In this document: positions 24,000 to 36,889 of the stretch, piece by piece
Position numbering within the stretch: position 1 is the first letter of the stretch
Layout: each line of letters opens with the position of its first letter
From: Lama guanicoe
Taxonomy: Eukaryota
DNA: 64,000 bases
Assembly (NCBI GenBank): GCA_013239625.1
Contig: MU057346.1
Span: 2,938,431 to 3,002,430 of the forward strand
Direction of reading: 5' to 3'
Translations under genes and position numbers: made by a program
The notes under the pieces: model-generated
The model's input: the letters and a program-made list of their open reading frames with translations, nothing else
Told to the model about the DNA's origin: nothing
Database searches by the model: none

Positions 24000-25134
24000 C
24001 AAGGTGGTATTTTGGTAAAAGCATCTCAGTTCTTCCTGCAGAGTGCACGCTGGCCTCCTGGGTAGCCGTCACACCTTTAGGAATCAATCCCTGTGAAGTT
24101 TTGCTGACAGAGCTTGGCCTTTCTCCTGGGAGCAGGCTGGGAAAACCTCAAGTCAGTGACCTACAGAAATAACACGTCTCCGAGTTCCCTTGTCTGCCTG
24201 GGCCTGACACTTACTCTCCAACTGTGAGCTGGCACTGCATAAGAAAATGCTCGACGTTAAGAATGTGTGTATTGAGACAAGGGGTGAGCATTGCTCCTGG
24301 TCCAGAAGCTTTTCTGGAACAGAAAGGAGTCTTCGCACGATCTGTTGCAATGGCACGCTGACCCGGGTCGTTGGAAGGGTGATTTGCTCTAAGCACGCAG
24401 AGTATCAGGAGCAAATCTGTTGCGTCCAGCTGTGGCCACTTGTGTGGGTAGTTAATGTGTGTCTCTTATTCCCTTTCACAGCAGAAAAGAACCCTTGCAT
24501 TTGGTCATTTTAGGTCCCCAGATGGGTTACTTGCGAAATATCTTCAGGGTTTTTAACAAGAGTCATTCTTTTTCCTAGCTCTGATCAATGATGTAACAAG
24601 GAAAACAACATAATAAATAGAGTTAATACTTGCTGTGGGCTTGTATGTGTCTTTGGTTGAGCCTCACACGTGTGCTTTGATTGGAAGCACCCCATCTCCT
24701 GGGTTTGCACTGTCACGGCTTAATGGACTGCACATCAGTGGCTTTTTGAGGAAAAGAAATGTAAGGCTTGGTCCTCCGTCCTTGAGTCAGCACATTGAAC
24801 TTCTGGTCAATTAGCTCCTCCCCCCATCTTTATGGCGTGGCCTTTCCTGTAATTACAGTCCAGATCCTATAGCCGGAGGCAGGCCTGTCAATGGAGTAAG
24901 AGGCTGCTGTCCATCGCAGGGTGACAGCCGGTTCCGAGGGTTTTAGGCCTGTCCTTAGAGAGGTTTGTCATTTCCTCCTTGGGTACTTGGCCCCGACCCC
25001 ATTCACCGCCATCAAATGGACTGAGGTGTGTTTATTCCGTGGGGGAGCCTAGAGGGTTGGGGCCCATGGACATGACGTGCTGCAAAGTAGAGACGTTTCA
25101 TTGATCTGTATTGTTTTTAATCCAGAAGCATTTT

Positions 25135-25325
25135 TAAAACACACGTCTGTATGCACATCGGAAAAGACCTGGAAAGATGCGAAATGGACTGTTCGTCAGG
25201 CTTTACCCCGGGGGTGGGTTTGGGTCGGAAGCTATCGGCAAAGAAGCACATTTTACCTTAGACCAGTCCATGCTGAATTTTTTGTCTTTTGATTTTTCAA
25301 TAAGCATGGATTACCTTTATAAATT
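25135..25325 (+). mobile_element. Very old L1ME 3' end fragment
   Basis: ggaaaagacctggaaagat...ctgtt...tttttcaataagcatggattacctttataaa. Confidence 0.5.
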
Positions 25326-26441
25326 CAATTTGCTATGTAGTCAAAGAACCAAAATGAGTCAACTTATTTCTAATGATCGGAAGTTCCCTCAGACAGGACA
25401 ATTTTTGATGGGAAACCACGAAGTCTTCTGGCTCTTTGTTTTTCCACCTGGTGGTCCTTAGGCTCTCTGGCTGCCCTCATGCCTCACCCGCCTCGTGTTT
25501 CCCTCAGGCTTCCCGAGGCCTCCTGCTCGTCCCCCTACATGTCCTGCCTTCTGAGTGCTGGGAGCGTGATCTCTCGCCTCCTCTTCTCACCCAGTCTTCA
25601 ATTCCCTGCTGCTTAAGAAAGTCAAGCACGTGTTTGTAGTCATCGGTGGTGGTCTGCCTTTTGAAAGTTACACACAAATGAAAATGTCCTAGTCTGATGT
25701 AGCCCTCAGGGAGAATTGCACATTTGTGATGAGATAAAGGTGGAATTTAAGGGGTGGATCATGTCCATTAGCAGGTGGCTGGTGTCCTGTGGGTCTCTTC
25801 AGCTGACTTGGCCACTGTCAGAGGAGTGTGGGCCTCTCTGTGACTCCTGCATTTCCCTGGGTGTGTCCCATCCTGCTGGCTTTTGTGCATGTGGTCACTG
25901 AAAACAAGGACGGGATGTGCTGTGCACACCCCAGGTTGCTGGTCTGCTTCTACCAGAGGCTGCTTTGGACCACATCACAGACAACTCACTATTTAAGGCC
26001 AAGATAGCAGCTTTGTCCTGATAAGTTTGTGACTGCTGTACCCAGGGGGATGGGAAGCCCGAGACTTGGACAGATCCCTGTCTCCTCCCTGTGACCCCCT
26101 TCCCTGGGCCATCCACACAGAAGGAGAGAAGTTGGTGCTGAAGATAGATGCCGTCACTCAGCAGTTCTCTCCTGTCCACCTCTGTCAAACCTTCCACGAG
26201 AAGAATGCATTGCTCAGACATCAAGGAAGTTAAATTTTTGCCGAGAATGATGTCAGTAGCAAACTTTGGAACAAGGCACAGACTGGAATGGTTCTGCAAG
26301 GAGCTGTAGGGATACTGGATGCTAAGACTGAAGCCTTCTGGGTACACCTTTTACCTTGACTGCCCTCTGATTGATACATTTCTACTCGGTCTAGAGCAGT
26401 GATGGTTTGGGGGATGTGGAGGCCTTTGATCATGGGGAAAT

Positions 26442-26575
26442 NNNNNNNNNNNNNNNNNNNNNNNNNNNNNNNNNNNNNNNNNNNNNNNNNNNNNNNNNNN
26501 NNNNNNNNNNNNNNNNNNNNNNNNNNNNNNNNNNNNNNNNNNNNNNNNNNNNNNNNNNNNNNNNNNNNNNNNNNN
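26442..26575. other. N block (134 nt)
   Basis: Seen directly. Confidence 0.98.
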
Positions 26576-26865
26576 TTTGTGAATAAAACTGCTATACACA
26601 TCCCTATATAGGTTTTTTTTTGTGGACATAAGTTTTCACCTCATTTGTGTCAATACCACAGAGCACAGAGGCTGGATTATATGCTGGGGTATGTTCAGTT
26701 TTGTAAGAAATTGCTCAGCTGTCTTTGAAAATGGCAGACCCATTTGGCGTTCCTTCCAGCCAAGAGTAAGAGTTCTTTTGCGCCACAGCCTTGCCAGCGT
26801 CTCCTGTTGTCAGCCTTCTAGATTGTTGTCATTGTCATAGCGGTGTAGCGCTGTCTTCTTGTTTG
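26576..26865 (-). mobile_element. L1M fragment (ORF2 end / 3' UTR region)
   Basis: gtgaataaaactgctatacacatcc...gtggacataagttttca...tatgttcagttttgtaagaaattg...ccacagccttgccagc; minus-strand frame reads MCIAVLFT, typical of decayed L1. Confidence 0.8.
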
Positions 26866-28614
26866 ACCAAGATCTGCTTTTAATTGTAATTTTTAAGTAA
26901 GCACACTTACATAAAAATCCAAGATAAATGGAAGCGCTTCTTTACCTCTAAATCAAGCCTGTCTGTGAGGAGTCTGGCTGTTTGGTAGTAACTGAAGCTG
27001 GAGTCTTCCCCTGGTCCCATCTTACTGGCCACCAGGAGAGACCCAAGACAAAGACAGCGGGTTCTCATTTTACATGAGGCCAAATAATTTTAAGCTCTGG
27101 GTCTGTTTGGGGGTTTATATCAATGATAGTAATTATTGAAATGGTGAACGGGTATTAACATAATAGGTTTGTGAGCAGAAATAGTATGTTTATAATGCTC
27201 TCCCACCCCAACACCTTACTGCATGTTTAATGTACTTGTTTGATTGAATCTAAGCTGTCCTCATGATCACAGGGCCCCCATGGTGTGGATGGTCAGCGCT
27301 GCATTACAGGGAGAGTGGCTGGGTCCAGAGATGTCACTCTTGGTGGGTTTTCACCAGAGGCTGTGCTGTTTTATCTCAAAAAAGAAAAAAAAGTAGACTC
27401 ATTATATACTGAAAGTACCAAGACTTGGGAAAAACATGTTTTCAGGGAATTTGATATTTGTACAAAATCATCCAGGTCGTCAACATAAAGGGAATTAAAA
27501 AGAACTTTGTTAGACTTCCAACCACGTACTTTGAGGTTTACGTGGATTACTTCGTAAGTTTCGCACCATCGTCGGTGGGGCTCACTCTGGTGCTTCCAAT
27601 GCTCACAAAATAGAGGGTAAAGGAGGCACGTCTCCGCCCCAGCTTAGGGCGGGGTTTGCTGGAGGGACCACTTTTCCAAACTTCACATGCCCTACTCACC
27701 AAGTTTATGATAAATAAGAGACAACTCTTCCTGCTTAGAAGCACTGTGTCTCGGGCTATGGCTGCGAGCGGGGGTGATTGCGAGACACAGGGAAGGCTCA
27801 AAGGGAAATCAGTGACGTGTAAAAATTGGGAGCATTCTGTGATAAGAAAAATTCAGAAGGGACATTATGTTGTCTTCCTGATTCAGTGAAAGAGCACCGG
27901 CGGTGTTTACTCAGGGTGATCCCACAGCCTTTTTTCTTAAATACAAATTCACTGTCCTCCATTGTGTCTCCTTCATCGGCATTGAGGGGGATGCACAGTA
28001 CTGACTGAGTTAAGATTGAATGTTGTGAAGGCTAAGGAAATAATTCTGAGGCCTTTTAGTCTATTAACTGGATAAGGCTTCTTAATAGTTTGGCTTAAGG
28101 CAAAAATGATTTTATTCTAGTTTCGTCCTCGTTGAGTCAATGATTAACTTACCTGACTTTGATTAAAACAGAATTTTACTAAGTATAAAAACCATCTGGG
28201 CCTTTCTCCTTACATATGGAAAACGGTGAGAGGTCTTGTCTCTGGACAGTTCAAGGCATCCAGTGTCGGGCAAGACTCAAGGCGTCCTGGTTGCGGCTTT
28301 GCCCGGGGGAGGCCCCAGGCAAGATGTCCTTTTCCACCTGGCCTTGCCCCTGCGCGCTCTTTCTGGGTGGGACTGACCCACCGGGAACACCTGGCTGTCT
28401 CCCAGCTCCTTCCCGATGGTCTCTGCCTTGACTCCTCTTGGCCCCTGTTCCCCGTCTCTGCTTTTCACCTTCGTTAACCTTCCAAAAGGACCAGGCGGGA
28501 CTCGTGGGGATTTCTTGTCCTTTGGCGATGGCAGAGACCACGGGTGACTCAGCAGCCTCTCCCAGCTCCTGTTAGAGCCCTGCTCAAACCGTGCAGTCAC
28601 TGTGTGTTTCAGGC

Positions 28615-28720
28615 TTAGCCTTTTCAAGAGTAAGGACTGGGTTTTCTTTGTTTATGTCTAGCTCCAGCATTTAGCACAGGACTTGACACTAGCCAGTGGA
28701 AGCTATATCCATGGAATAGA
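28615..28720 (+). mobile_element. L2 3' fragment
   Basis: aagagtaaggactgggttttctttgtttatgtctagctccagcatttagcacaggacttgacac. Confidence 0.6.
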
Positions 28721-28941
28721 CTCGTGCAGCGGCTGAGGTCGTGGCTACGTAGGTGCTGTTTTCCCTGGATGCTGAGGACGTGAATTTCAGGCTGTGGGGC
28801 TGTGTTCCTCCCCTACGTGTCCTCCTGACATGCTATAAATAGACATTCCTTCTTTGGGCTAGCTAAGATTAAGTTGTACCACATGCTCCTTACCACTTCG
28901 AGGCCTCACAGCTTTTGAGTCTTTTGAGAAGAAGGTAAGAG

Positions 28942-29035
28942 GGGGTGGAGGTATAGCTCAGTAGTGGAGCATGTGCCTAGCATGTGTGAGGTCCTGGGTT
29001 CAATCCCCAGTCCCTCCATAAAAAACTTAATTCTA
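28942..29035 (+). mobile_element. tRNA-Ala(AGC)-derived SINE (camelid vic-1-like), full length
   Basis: ggaggtatagctcagtagtggagcatgtgcctagcatgtgtgaggtcctgggttcaatccccagtccctcca plus A-rich tail. 15-nt target-site duplication with 13/15 identity (agaagaaggtaagag 28927-28941, agaagcaagtaagag 29036-29050). Confidence 0.9.
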
Positions 29036-30530
29036 AGAAGCAAGTAAGAGAGGCAGATGGAGAGGAAGTGAGTAGAAACTTGGTTTCTACGCGAGGAGGA
29101 AGAGCAGTAAAACAAAACAAAAACCAGTGTAACAGAGGAGCAGGCAGGAATGGTTATCAGCGCCTGTGGAGGGTTTTGGTGTGGACCCCAGCTGAACCGA
29201 ATGCAGTTCTGGCCACCTGGGGACGCTGCCACGTACAGGCAGTGTCATCCGAATTATGTGTGTGAGCGTGTGTGCGGCGGGGAAGAGCTGGGCCTTTGAA
29301 AAAATTGTATGGATTGCTCGGCATTCACTGTGGGTGTTAAATCTCCATTCTGGTTGCCAAGATTAAATTGAATTGTCCCCATGGCCATTTAGTTTCCCTG
29401 CGCACAAAACGGAGCCAACAGTTTTACACTTTTCTCCCTCTCTCCTCTCCTCTCTTTCATTCCTTTTTTCTTCTCCCTCCATCTGCCTTTTTTTTTTTTC
29501 CTGTTTTTTGTTTGTTTAACACACCACTTGGTCCTCACTGCATTGGTCGTGGTACCGTTTTACCACATGGAGCAAACCATGGCAGGAAGTGCCTGGCCCA
29601 GGCTGTCGAAGTTCCTGTTGGGGACACCTGAGCCTTCATGTGACAGGAATGGGTGGACAACGTAGTACCATTTAAAATGTATGGGGGGTGCATTTTGGGG
29701 TGTCCTCTTTATTTCCTGGACACTTTCCAGCTGGACGGGCTTTTTTGGGAACACGGGGATGTTTGTGCTGGAAGGCCCACTGATATGATTTAATCCCAAA
29801 GCTTTTTCTCAGTGATGGATTATTCAGGCAGTGTTTTCCAAAATTGCCATTAATCAGGACAGACCCAGAGAGAACACGTACAGGATTGCCTGCACTGGGC
29901 CTGCTAGGGGTCGATGTTTTCTGGCTCAAAGAAGCTCCAAAAGAAAGAATTCATAGCCAGGGTGTTTCTTTCTCTAGGCAGCAAGTAACGCAGGTACCAC
30001 ACTCGGGTTCACTGATGTTTAGCTTGGATTAAAACTCAGCCAGGGAAATATGCGTAGCTTTGCTGGGGAGGAGGTGGGGGAGGCTTGTATCCTCAAGCAT
30101 TGAACAGCAAAGAATGTCGGGCAGGATGGAGGGTCAAGCTGAGTGCCAGCGGTTGAAGTTCTCAGTTAATGCCCTCAAAATTCTGAACTTTGAACGTAAG
30201 CACCCTCCACTCTACACGGACCTTTTTTTTTTTTGGTACAGTGAAACAGATCTTGGGAGAGCACCTGCCTTTTGTAAAGGAGCAAATTGGTTCAGATATC
30301 TTTGTTTGTGTAAACATTTTGGTGTCATTTGTGAACATCATCATTGGATGGGAGCACCTGAGATGACCATGATCCACCTGCTGCGGCTGCTCAGGTGGTT
30401 TTTGATACAAACATGGGAGAATGGAGAAAAATCAAAAGTAGAGGCTTCGTGCAACATGGAATGTTGGCTGTCATTCTGCCCAGCCTTCCTTCTCATTTTA
30501 CTCTGGCTTTTCTGCTGGCTCTCTCCCACA

Positions 30531-30630
30531 CAGTGGTCCACAACTTCGGCAGTATGCTAGGATCACCTGGGAAATTCTTTAAAAATAGTGATGCTCCAGG
30601 GTCATTGAATCCAGATCTCTGGTGGGGGAG
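30531..30630. mobile_element. MER5A-like hAT-Charlie fragment
   Basis: cagtggtccacaacttcggcag...ggatcacctgggaaattctttaaaaatagtgatgc. Confidence 0.7.
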
Positions 30631-30944
30631 GATGTTGGGTTTTATTTGGTGGGGGCGGGGATGGCAGTGAGAGTTGAAAACCCTAAAATGCCCCATCATT
30701 AGATTTGAGGATCTGGAGGGAGAGATACTTCCCCTTAGAGTTTCATGTAGAAGGTTTCTGGGAGCATGGAGGTGAATCAAATCACCTTTGCAAAAAGTAA
30801 GACTGGGCTTCCAGCTTGAGCCAGGGTTTTAGGGTGCTTCTCTTCAGGCTGTTAGCCTTTCCTTGTTTCCCTTCTCCCTGAGACACTTTTAGATCTGTTG
30901 GAACATTGTAAGGTCTGCCTGCCCTTAGCCCTCCAAAATCCTTT

Positions 30945-31460
30945 CTTTTTTTTTTTTCATATCAGTTTTTATTCACACATAATTCACCAGCCATACAATC
31001 ATGCATTTTAAGTGCACAGTTCAGTGGTTTTGGGGATATTCACAGAATTGTGCAGTCATCACCACAGTCGATTTTAGATCATTTTTATTAGCCCAAGAAG
31101 ATCCACACTCCTTAGCCATCCCCCAGTTGTCCCTTTCCCAGCCCTAGGCAACCATTCATCTACTTTGTGTCTCAGTGGATTTGCCAGTTCTGAATCTTTC
31201 CTCTACATGGAATTATGCAACATGCAGTCTTTTGTGTCTGGCTTCTTTAACTTAGTATAGTATTTTCAAGGCTTATCCCCACCCCACTGTAGCACATATC
31301 AGTACTTTATTGCTTTTTATGACTGAGTAATACTCCATTGTATGGATATACCACATTTTATGTCTCCATTTATCCACTGGTGTACATTTGAGTTGTTTCC
31401 ACTGTGTGGCCATGAGGAATAATGCCACTGTGAGCATCCATTTGCAGGTTTTCATGTGTA
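30945..31460 (-). mobile_element. L1MB-like 3' end (about 500 nt)
   Basis: T-run, then ...ttttaagtgcacagttcagtggttt...ccagccctaggcaaccattcatctactt...tgtgtctggcttcttt...tactccattgtatggatataccacatttt; minus-strand frame contains KMWYIHTMEYYSVIK, the L1 ORF2 C-terminal remnant. Confidence 0.9.
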
Positions 31461-32447
31461 TTGTATTTACCCTGCAGTATCCTTTTTTTGGTACCATCTG
31501 GGCCATCAGGGAAGTGTCTTGAAATGTTTTGCATGAGAAACGAGTCATTATTGGCAAGGCGGACAGCTCTGGAGCAGGGCCCAGGGCACCTGGGGGTTGC
31601 TCACTCTGCACCTGCCGTCTGACCTGGAGCTGTCAATGGCTCAGCCTCCTGGGAGAAGAAGGAATGCAGTCACAACTCCCCTTCTGGGCCCCCTGCTTCC
31701 AGAAATAGCGCAACGAGCTGCTTTCTGAGAAAGGAAGGTGCCCTATTCCGTGATCACTACAAGACGTCAGTATTGTTTGTGTGATTAATGAGTCCACGTC
31801 TCACACGTTCCCACTGAATGTATCTGTGCCTTCTAACAGCGTCGTCTTCCATGTGTTGCTGACTGTGAGATTTATGGGGCCTAACTCGCGAACGGTGTGT
31901 GTCTGGATTGAGGGAACCTGAAAATCGCTATTTGCCTCTGACCCGAGGAAATTCCCCTTAAGCTGCTTATCAGAGGTGCGTGCTGAGAGCATGGTGGGAA
32001 GATGGTGTCTCCGGTCCCCTGGTGAGACCTGGAGTCTGCTCTCATTCCACATTAACTGGACTGACAGTGAGCTCACAGGCTCGTAGCTTCTCCTGCAAGT
32101 ATCTGCTGACAGTTCTACTCCTGTAGATTTCACTTAAAAACCACATATACTGCAATTTCCCCCATACTCCAAGTCTTCACTCTGGATTAAAATATAACTC
32201 CTTATTTAAAAAATCAAAGCAAAGCAAAAAAGAACAAAACTTTCATCAAGGTAGCTTAGATAAACCTCTAATTTCACCAACAGCAAAGCAACTCTTTATT
32301 TTCCATTTAAAGCACCATCATTGTGCCAGGCTTTTTTTGTATTTGCATTTTTAAAACTAAAAGAACATTTCCATGTCATGAAAAATTAAGTTTCTCTTAA
32401 ACACATTGACAGCTTGCAGAAACACTGGCAAATGTTTATGTATGATT

Positions 32448-32466
32448 TCACCACCAGGGGGCATTG
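32448..32466 (+). promoter_or_regulatory. Candidate CTCF binding site
   Basis: TCACCACCAGGGGGCATTG; the core CCACCAGGGGGCA (32451-32463) fits the CTCF consensus CCASYAGRKGGCR. Motif only, no binding data. Confidence 0.5.
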
Positions 32467-32546
32467 TGGTTTGACTGTCCATTTAAACAACCTGCGTTCT
32501 ATCAGTTTCCCCAGAAAATAGAAGGCCTAGGCGTATTTCTGATTCC

Positions 32547-32783
32547 NNNNNNNNNNNNNNNNNNNNNNNNNNNNNNNNNNNNNNNNNNNNNNNNNNNNNN
32601 NNNNNNNNNNNNNNNNNNNNNNNNNNNNNNNNNNNNNNNNNNNNNNNNNNNNNNNNNNNNNNNNNNNNNNNNNNNNNNNNNNNNNNNNNNNNNNNNNNNN
32701 NNNNNNNNNNNNNNNNNNNNNNNNNNNNNNNNNNNNNNNNNNNNNNNNNNNNNNNNNNNNNNNNNNNNNNNNNNNNNNNNNNN
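32547..32783. other. N block (237 nt)
   Basis: Seen directly. Confidence 0.98.
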
Positions 32784-35700
32784 TCAAATGCATTTTAAAG
32801 ATGTCAGTCAGGGGAAGAAAAAGTGCTTGGCAACTGTGTTTGATAGATTTCTTTTATGATTAATTCTCCTATTAAGTTTTAATGACTTTAAAGATATAAA
32901 GCTAGAAACCGCAAAACTAGGCATGGTTAGTAAATAACCGAAATACCAGGTGTACAGAAATGCATCTGTGCAAAAATGAAATCATATATTCTCTAGGATG
33001 TACTAGGAAACAGCTCTTTGGCAAGTCTAGAGAGTTAAATATCCCCGAAGGAGGGGGGAAAGCTTAAAAACAGTGAACTTGAGAAGATTGTGTTTCTTAA
33101 AGAAACTCCTGTGAGAAAGGTACTCTCGAAGATTCACAAATGTAAATTAAATTATTTTATGAAGCGATATTTATCAGCAAGACTGTCGCTCTCTTGGAAT
33201 GCATTTCTCCGTTTCAAGTTTTTAAGCATCTCTGTACAAAATTTCAAGTATTTCTCACAGTTTTCTTCCCGGGCTCATTGGCATTGAAAGCCCTGGGTTG
33301 CTTTGTTGTTTTCTAAATGCTCTAAGGACTGGCTGGTCCCAGAAGTGGGAATAGTGGTGACAGTGTTTTAGTAATGCTGTCTTTTTGTCTTCCTTCTGCA
33401 CCCAGAATTTATGAAACATGACTCGGTTCACCCTCCAAACATCTCTATGAATCAGGGAGGTTGGGAGAATTCATTTAAGTTTCCAAATGCCAGAAGTGAG
33501 GCCTGTCAGGGGCTTGCAGGCTTACCCCAGACTCTGTAACCTCCCCTCCACATCGGGGGCCTGCGAGTTCATGCTTGGGGCCCTCTGCGGTAGGCACAGC
33601 TGGATTATTTACTTTCTAGAACATCTCAACTCGAGTTCTTAAGCTGAACAGTTTAGAAACCAAACACACATTCATTAACATGAAAAATGACTGGAAAGAG
33701 TTGCAGGGCCCCCAGAAGAAGAATGTATAAATGTATATAGTTTTGTATATGCGTATGTATATGTTTTTGTGCCCAAAAGGAGATAAATGGTGCCTTTTAC
33801 ACAATCCCTTCTCCGCACTAAAGACTACGATTCTTGAATTTTTCTGAGTCCCCAAAGCACAATAGGTACCATTTGGAACCTTCACATCAGGCAGCCCCAC
33901 ACGTCAGAACTTCAAATCTAAAGATCTTTTAAATACACAGAACTTATTTTTGAAAGCTCTTGGCCCATTCCAAATGAATACTGATTCCCAGCCTCTAAAA
34001 TGCCTGGAGTGAGAAAACAAGGAATATTGTTCTTTTCCGTTTATATTATTTCATACTGAGTTAGCACACTTGCCAAGAGTCCGAGGCAGCTTCTGGCTTG
34101 ACAATGCCTTATTTAACTAGCCTAGTTTCTAGAATAAAGTCAGGGTCCCCTGGGGCCTCTCAGCGGCACTCAGGTCACTCCTGAGCTGGAAGAGACCAAA
34201 GCAAATAAAGCCAATCTGTTTCCCCATGAAAATCATCTTACTGTTTTCAGGGCTAGGACACAGATTTGGCCCCGGCCGCCAGGGAGCCTGGTCCAACACC
34301 GGATACCCAGGTCCTCGGGGGTTTCAGAGGACTAGAATCTCAGTGACCTGCCTCTTGGGGCCAAGGAGCCTTACCAAAAACTACAGCTTTCTGTTTGCTC
34401 CAGACTTGGGAAGTTGCTGGGCAGTCCGGCTAGCAAATGCCTCATTCCAGTGCTGGCTGTATCCTGGAGCTGTCCTAGTGCATGGAGCACGTCGGCTTGA
34501 GGCTGGAAGAAACCCCGAGCATTTGGCCAGGGAGAGGCAACTGGTTCCAGCTGGCCCAAGCCCTACGTTTTAAAAATTACCCAGATGAACTGATTTTGTA
34601 TAGAGAGTGGGTGGAGAGGACTCCAGGGCCGTGGAGGAAGATACGGCCTTTCTCTCCCTAATCATGAGCGATGTGATTTGGAGAGAGAGGCTGGGGCTTG
34701 GCTCTGCAAACTGCATTTCCTTGGCTGAGCTCCAGAGGAGAGAAGGGGTCCAGGGGGAAGGCACAGGCACGCCGTGTCCGGTCAGCGCCTTGCAGCTCCC
34801 CCTCCCCAGGGCTTCTGCTGGGCATTGGATGGGTCTGTGCCCCAAAGAGAGTGGCTCGGCCAAGCAGGGGCTGCCTGGAGATGGAGGCCGTGGTTTCAGG
34901 TTTTGGGGGAGTGGCTTCTGTGGACGTGGAAAAAAAAAAAAAACGACATCAGAGGCAGGAGGCATCCCTCCAAACATAGCTTGGCCTCCCTGCTCTCCCT
35001 GTGGACAGCAGGCTGCGCTCTCCTGGCCCAGTGCCCACACGCGTTCTTGGCACACGTGGACTTTCCATATCGCTCCTGCCTCCGAAACAAATCCGGCCGG
35101 TGACTTGGCCACTCTGTAAAATGAAGAGGAGCACTCGTGTGGGCATGACTTTTTATTTTAACCTAAGAAAGGGAAGGAAAAAGGAAAGAGAGACTTCTCC
35201 TTCTAGATTCCCTCCAGCCCCAGAAGGTCTAGCCAGAAGCTCCAAAAAGCTACCCACATGTTTATGGGCAAGTCTGAGAGGATATCCTCTTTCCCACACC
35301 TGCCTGATGCCTGAATCCAGGGATGCGCCCCGGCTAGGTGGGGGGGTGTTAGAGGGTGGGCCCTCTCTGTGATGAGTATTCCTGACCCAGGGCCTGTTTT
35401 ATGGGAAACCTTCAGGCCAGGTCCCTTCTAATCCAGGCCGTTGTTGTGAATACCAGAGAAGCGAGATCTTCTCAGCAAGGACAGCATTATCTCGAATAAA
35501 ATGATAGACACAGAGAGTGCTCTTAGATTCAGCCAACAGAGCAGAGGAGGAAGGGTCAGAACCAGGAGTCTATGGAGGAGAGACAGTGCGAATGATTTCT
35601 GTGTGTTGACTCCTTTTTTAAAGACAAGATGAACAGCAATACATAACTATAAATATTTCTTTCTGGCCCAGCACCACAGATTAGATTTCACATTCCAAAT

Positions 35701-36766
35701 GTAAATTGTGCCTAGGAAACATCGATGTTTACTCTAAGCAACTGACCCTCCGGCATAAAAATAAAAAGGAAAAGGGAAGCAAACAAAACCGTGTTACTGA
35801 CAAGTGACAGGATATTCTATTTTATATCTCGCAGACATTTTACAGCTCTGGCATTTCTGGGGAACACTTTGGGATACTTCCAGTCTGGTTTGTCCATAAA
35901 AAGCTGTCTGGTTTTCATGTTTTGAAAAGACACGCAGAGAAGCCCCCAGCATGTCACATCAAGTGTCTTATCCTTGAGGAAACAGCCCGCAGCATCAGTG
36001 TCACCCACGTGCCATCCCTACCCCTAGCATCCTGTGAGAAACGTCTTGGGGCTGTCTCCAGCCAGATGAGCACTGCGCTGCTTGATACATGCACCCGACT
36101 GTTTGGGAACACGTCTGAATTACAGTGTGTAGCACGGGGAAGACCATCTGGCTAAACCACCACGTGCTGGTGCCGCTCCGGGCTGCCCGGGGAGCAGACC
36201 TGCCTCCACTGTGCTTTCCACCGGCTTAGTAAGGCGTGGAGGGGCTTACTGCTCCGCGGAACCTGGCTGGCCAACCTTGCCTTGACCTCAGGGCATGCGC
36301 GTGTTCTCTAGACTCACACCCACCCCTTTCTAGTGCTTTTATTTCTCACATCAGTTTTTGCCGAAAAAACTACAAGATTCAGAGCATCTCTCACACATCA
36401 TGGAAAGTGGGCCATGCCCAGCCTGTCAAAGGAACAGAAGAAGGGCTGGTGGTCCCAAAGGCAGGAGGGAGAAATCCGAGGGGGGTGCTGGTGGGAGGTG
36501 GTCTGTGCAGATACCACTGGGCCCGACCCGCAGGGGATCTCCTTCCTTGGGCTGTCTGCTTGCTGTGGTCCCCGTCCCCTGGGGCAGAAGGAGCGAATGC
36601 TGGTCCCTCCACCTCCTTTGTGCTTGTCAAACTTGCCAGCTCCTTCCAGGAACACAGGTATTTCATTATCTGCTGCTGTGACAGCTCCGTCATGGATCCC
36701 CCGGCTGGGTTCAAAACCACCTCCCCCTCCAGGAAAACATCGAGGGGATTTTGCCAGCGGGATCTC

Positions 36767-36798
36767 GTGTGTGTGTATGTGTGTGTGTGTGTGTGTGT
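36767..36798 (+). repeat. Interrupted (GT)n microsatellite
   Basis: Seen directly. Confidence 0.9.
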
Positions 36799-36889
36799 AC
36801 ACGCACATCCGTGCCTGCACTCTCGGACACAGTTGGCATTTTTTCCATTGGGCAGTAAAGCCCTCCCCTCCTGTCGACCTGGGACTTGG

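Noticed and set aside
28946-29019. Functional tRNA-Ala gene
   Set aside because: Decayed anticodon stem, acceptor mismatch, A tail instead of a T terminator, and a flanking duplication all indicate a SINE.
31273-31611. 112-aa ORF with KMWYIHTMEYYSVIK
   Set aside because: Remnant of the L1 ORF2 C-terminus in a truncated L1; not a gene.
33331-33365. GGCTGGTCC start resembling a Y RNA
   Set aside because: Similarity ends after 9 nt; no complementary 3' stem or U-tail.
34570-35146. Cluster of overlapping 60-180 aa ORFs
   Set aside because: GC-rich patch open on both strands and crossing an A14 run; no recognisable protein or convincing splice frame.
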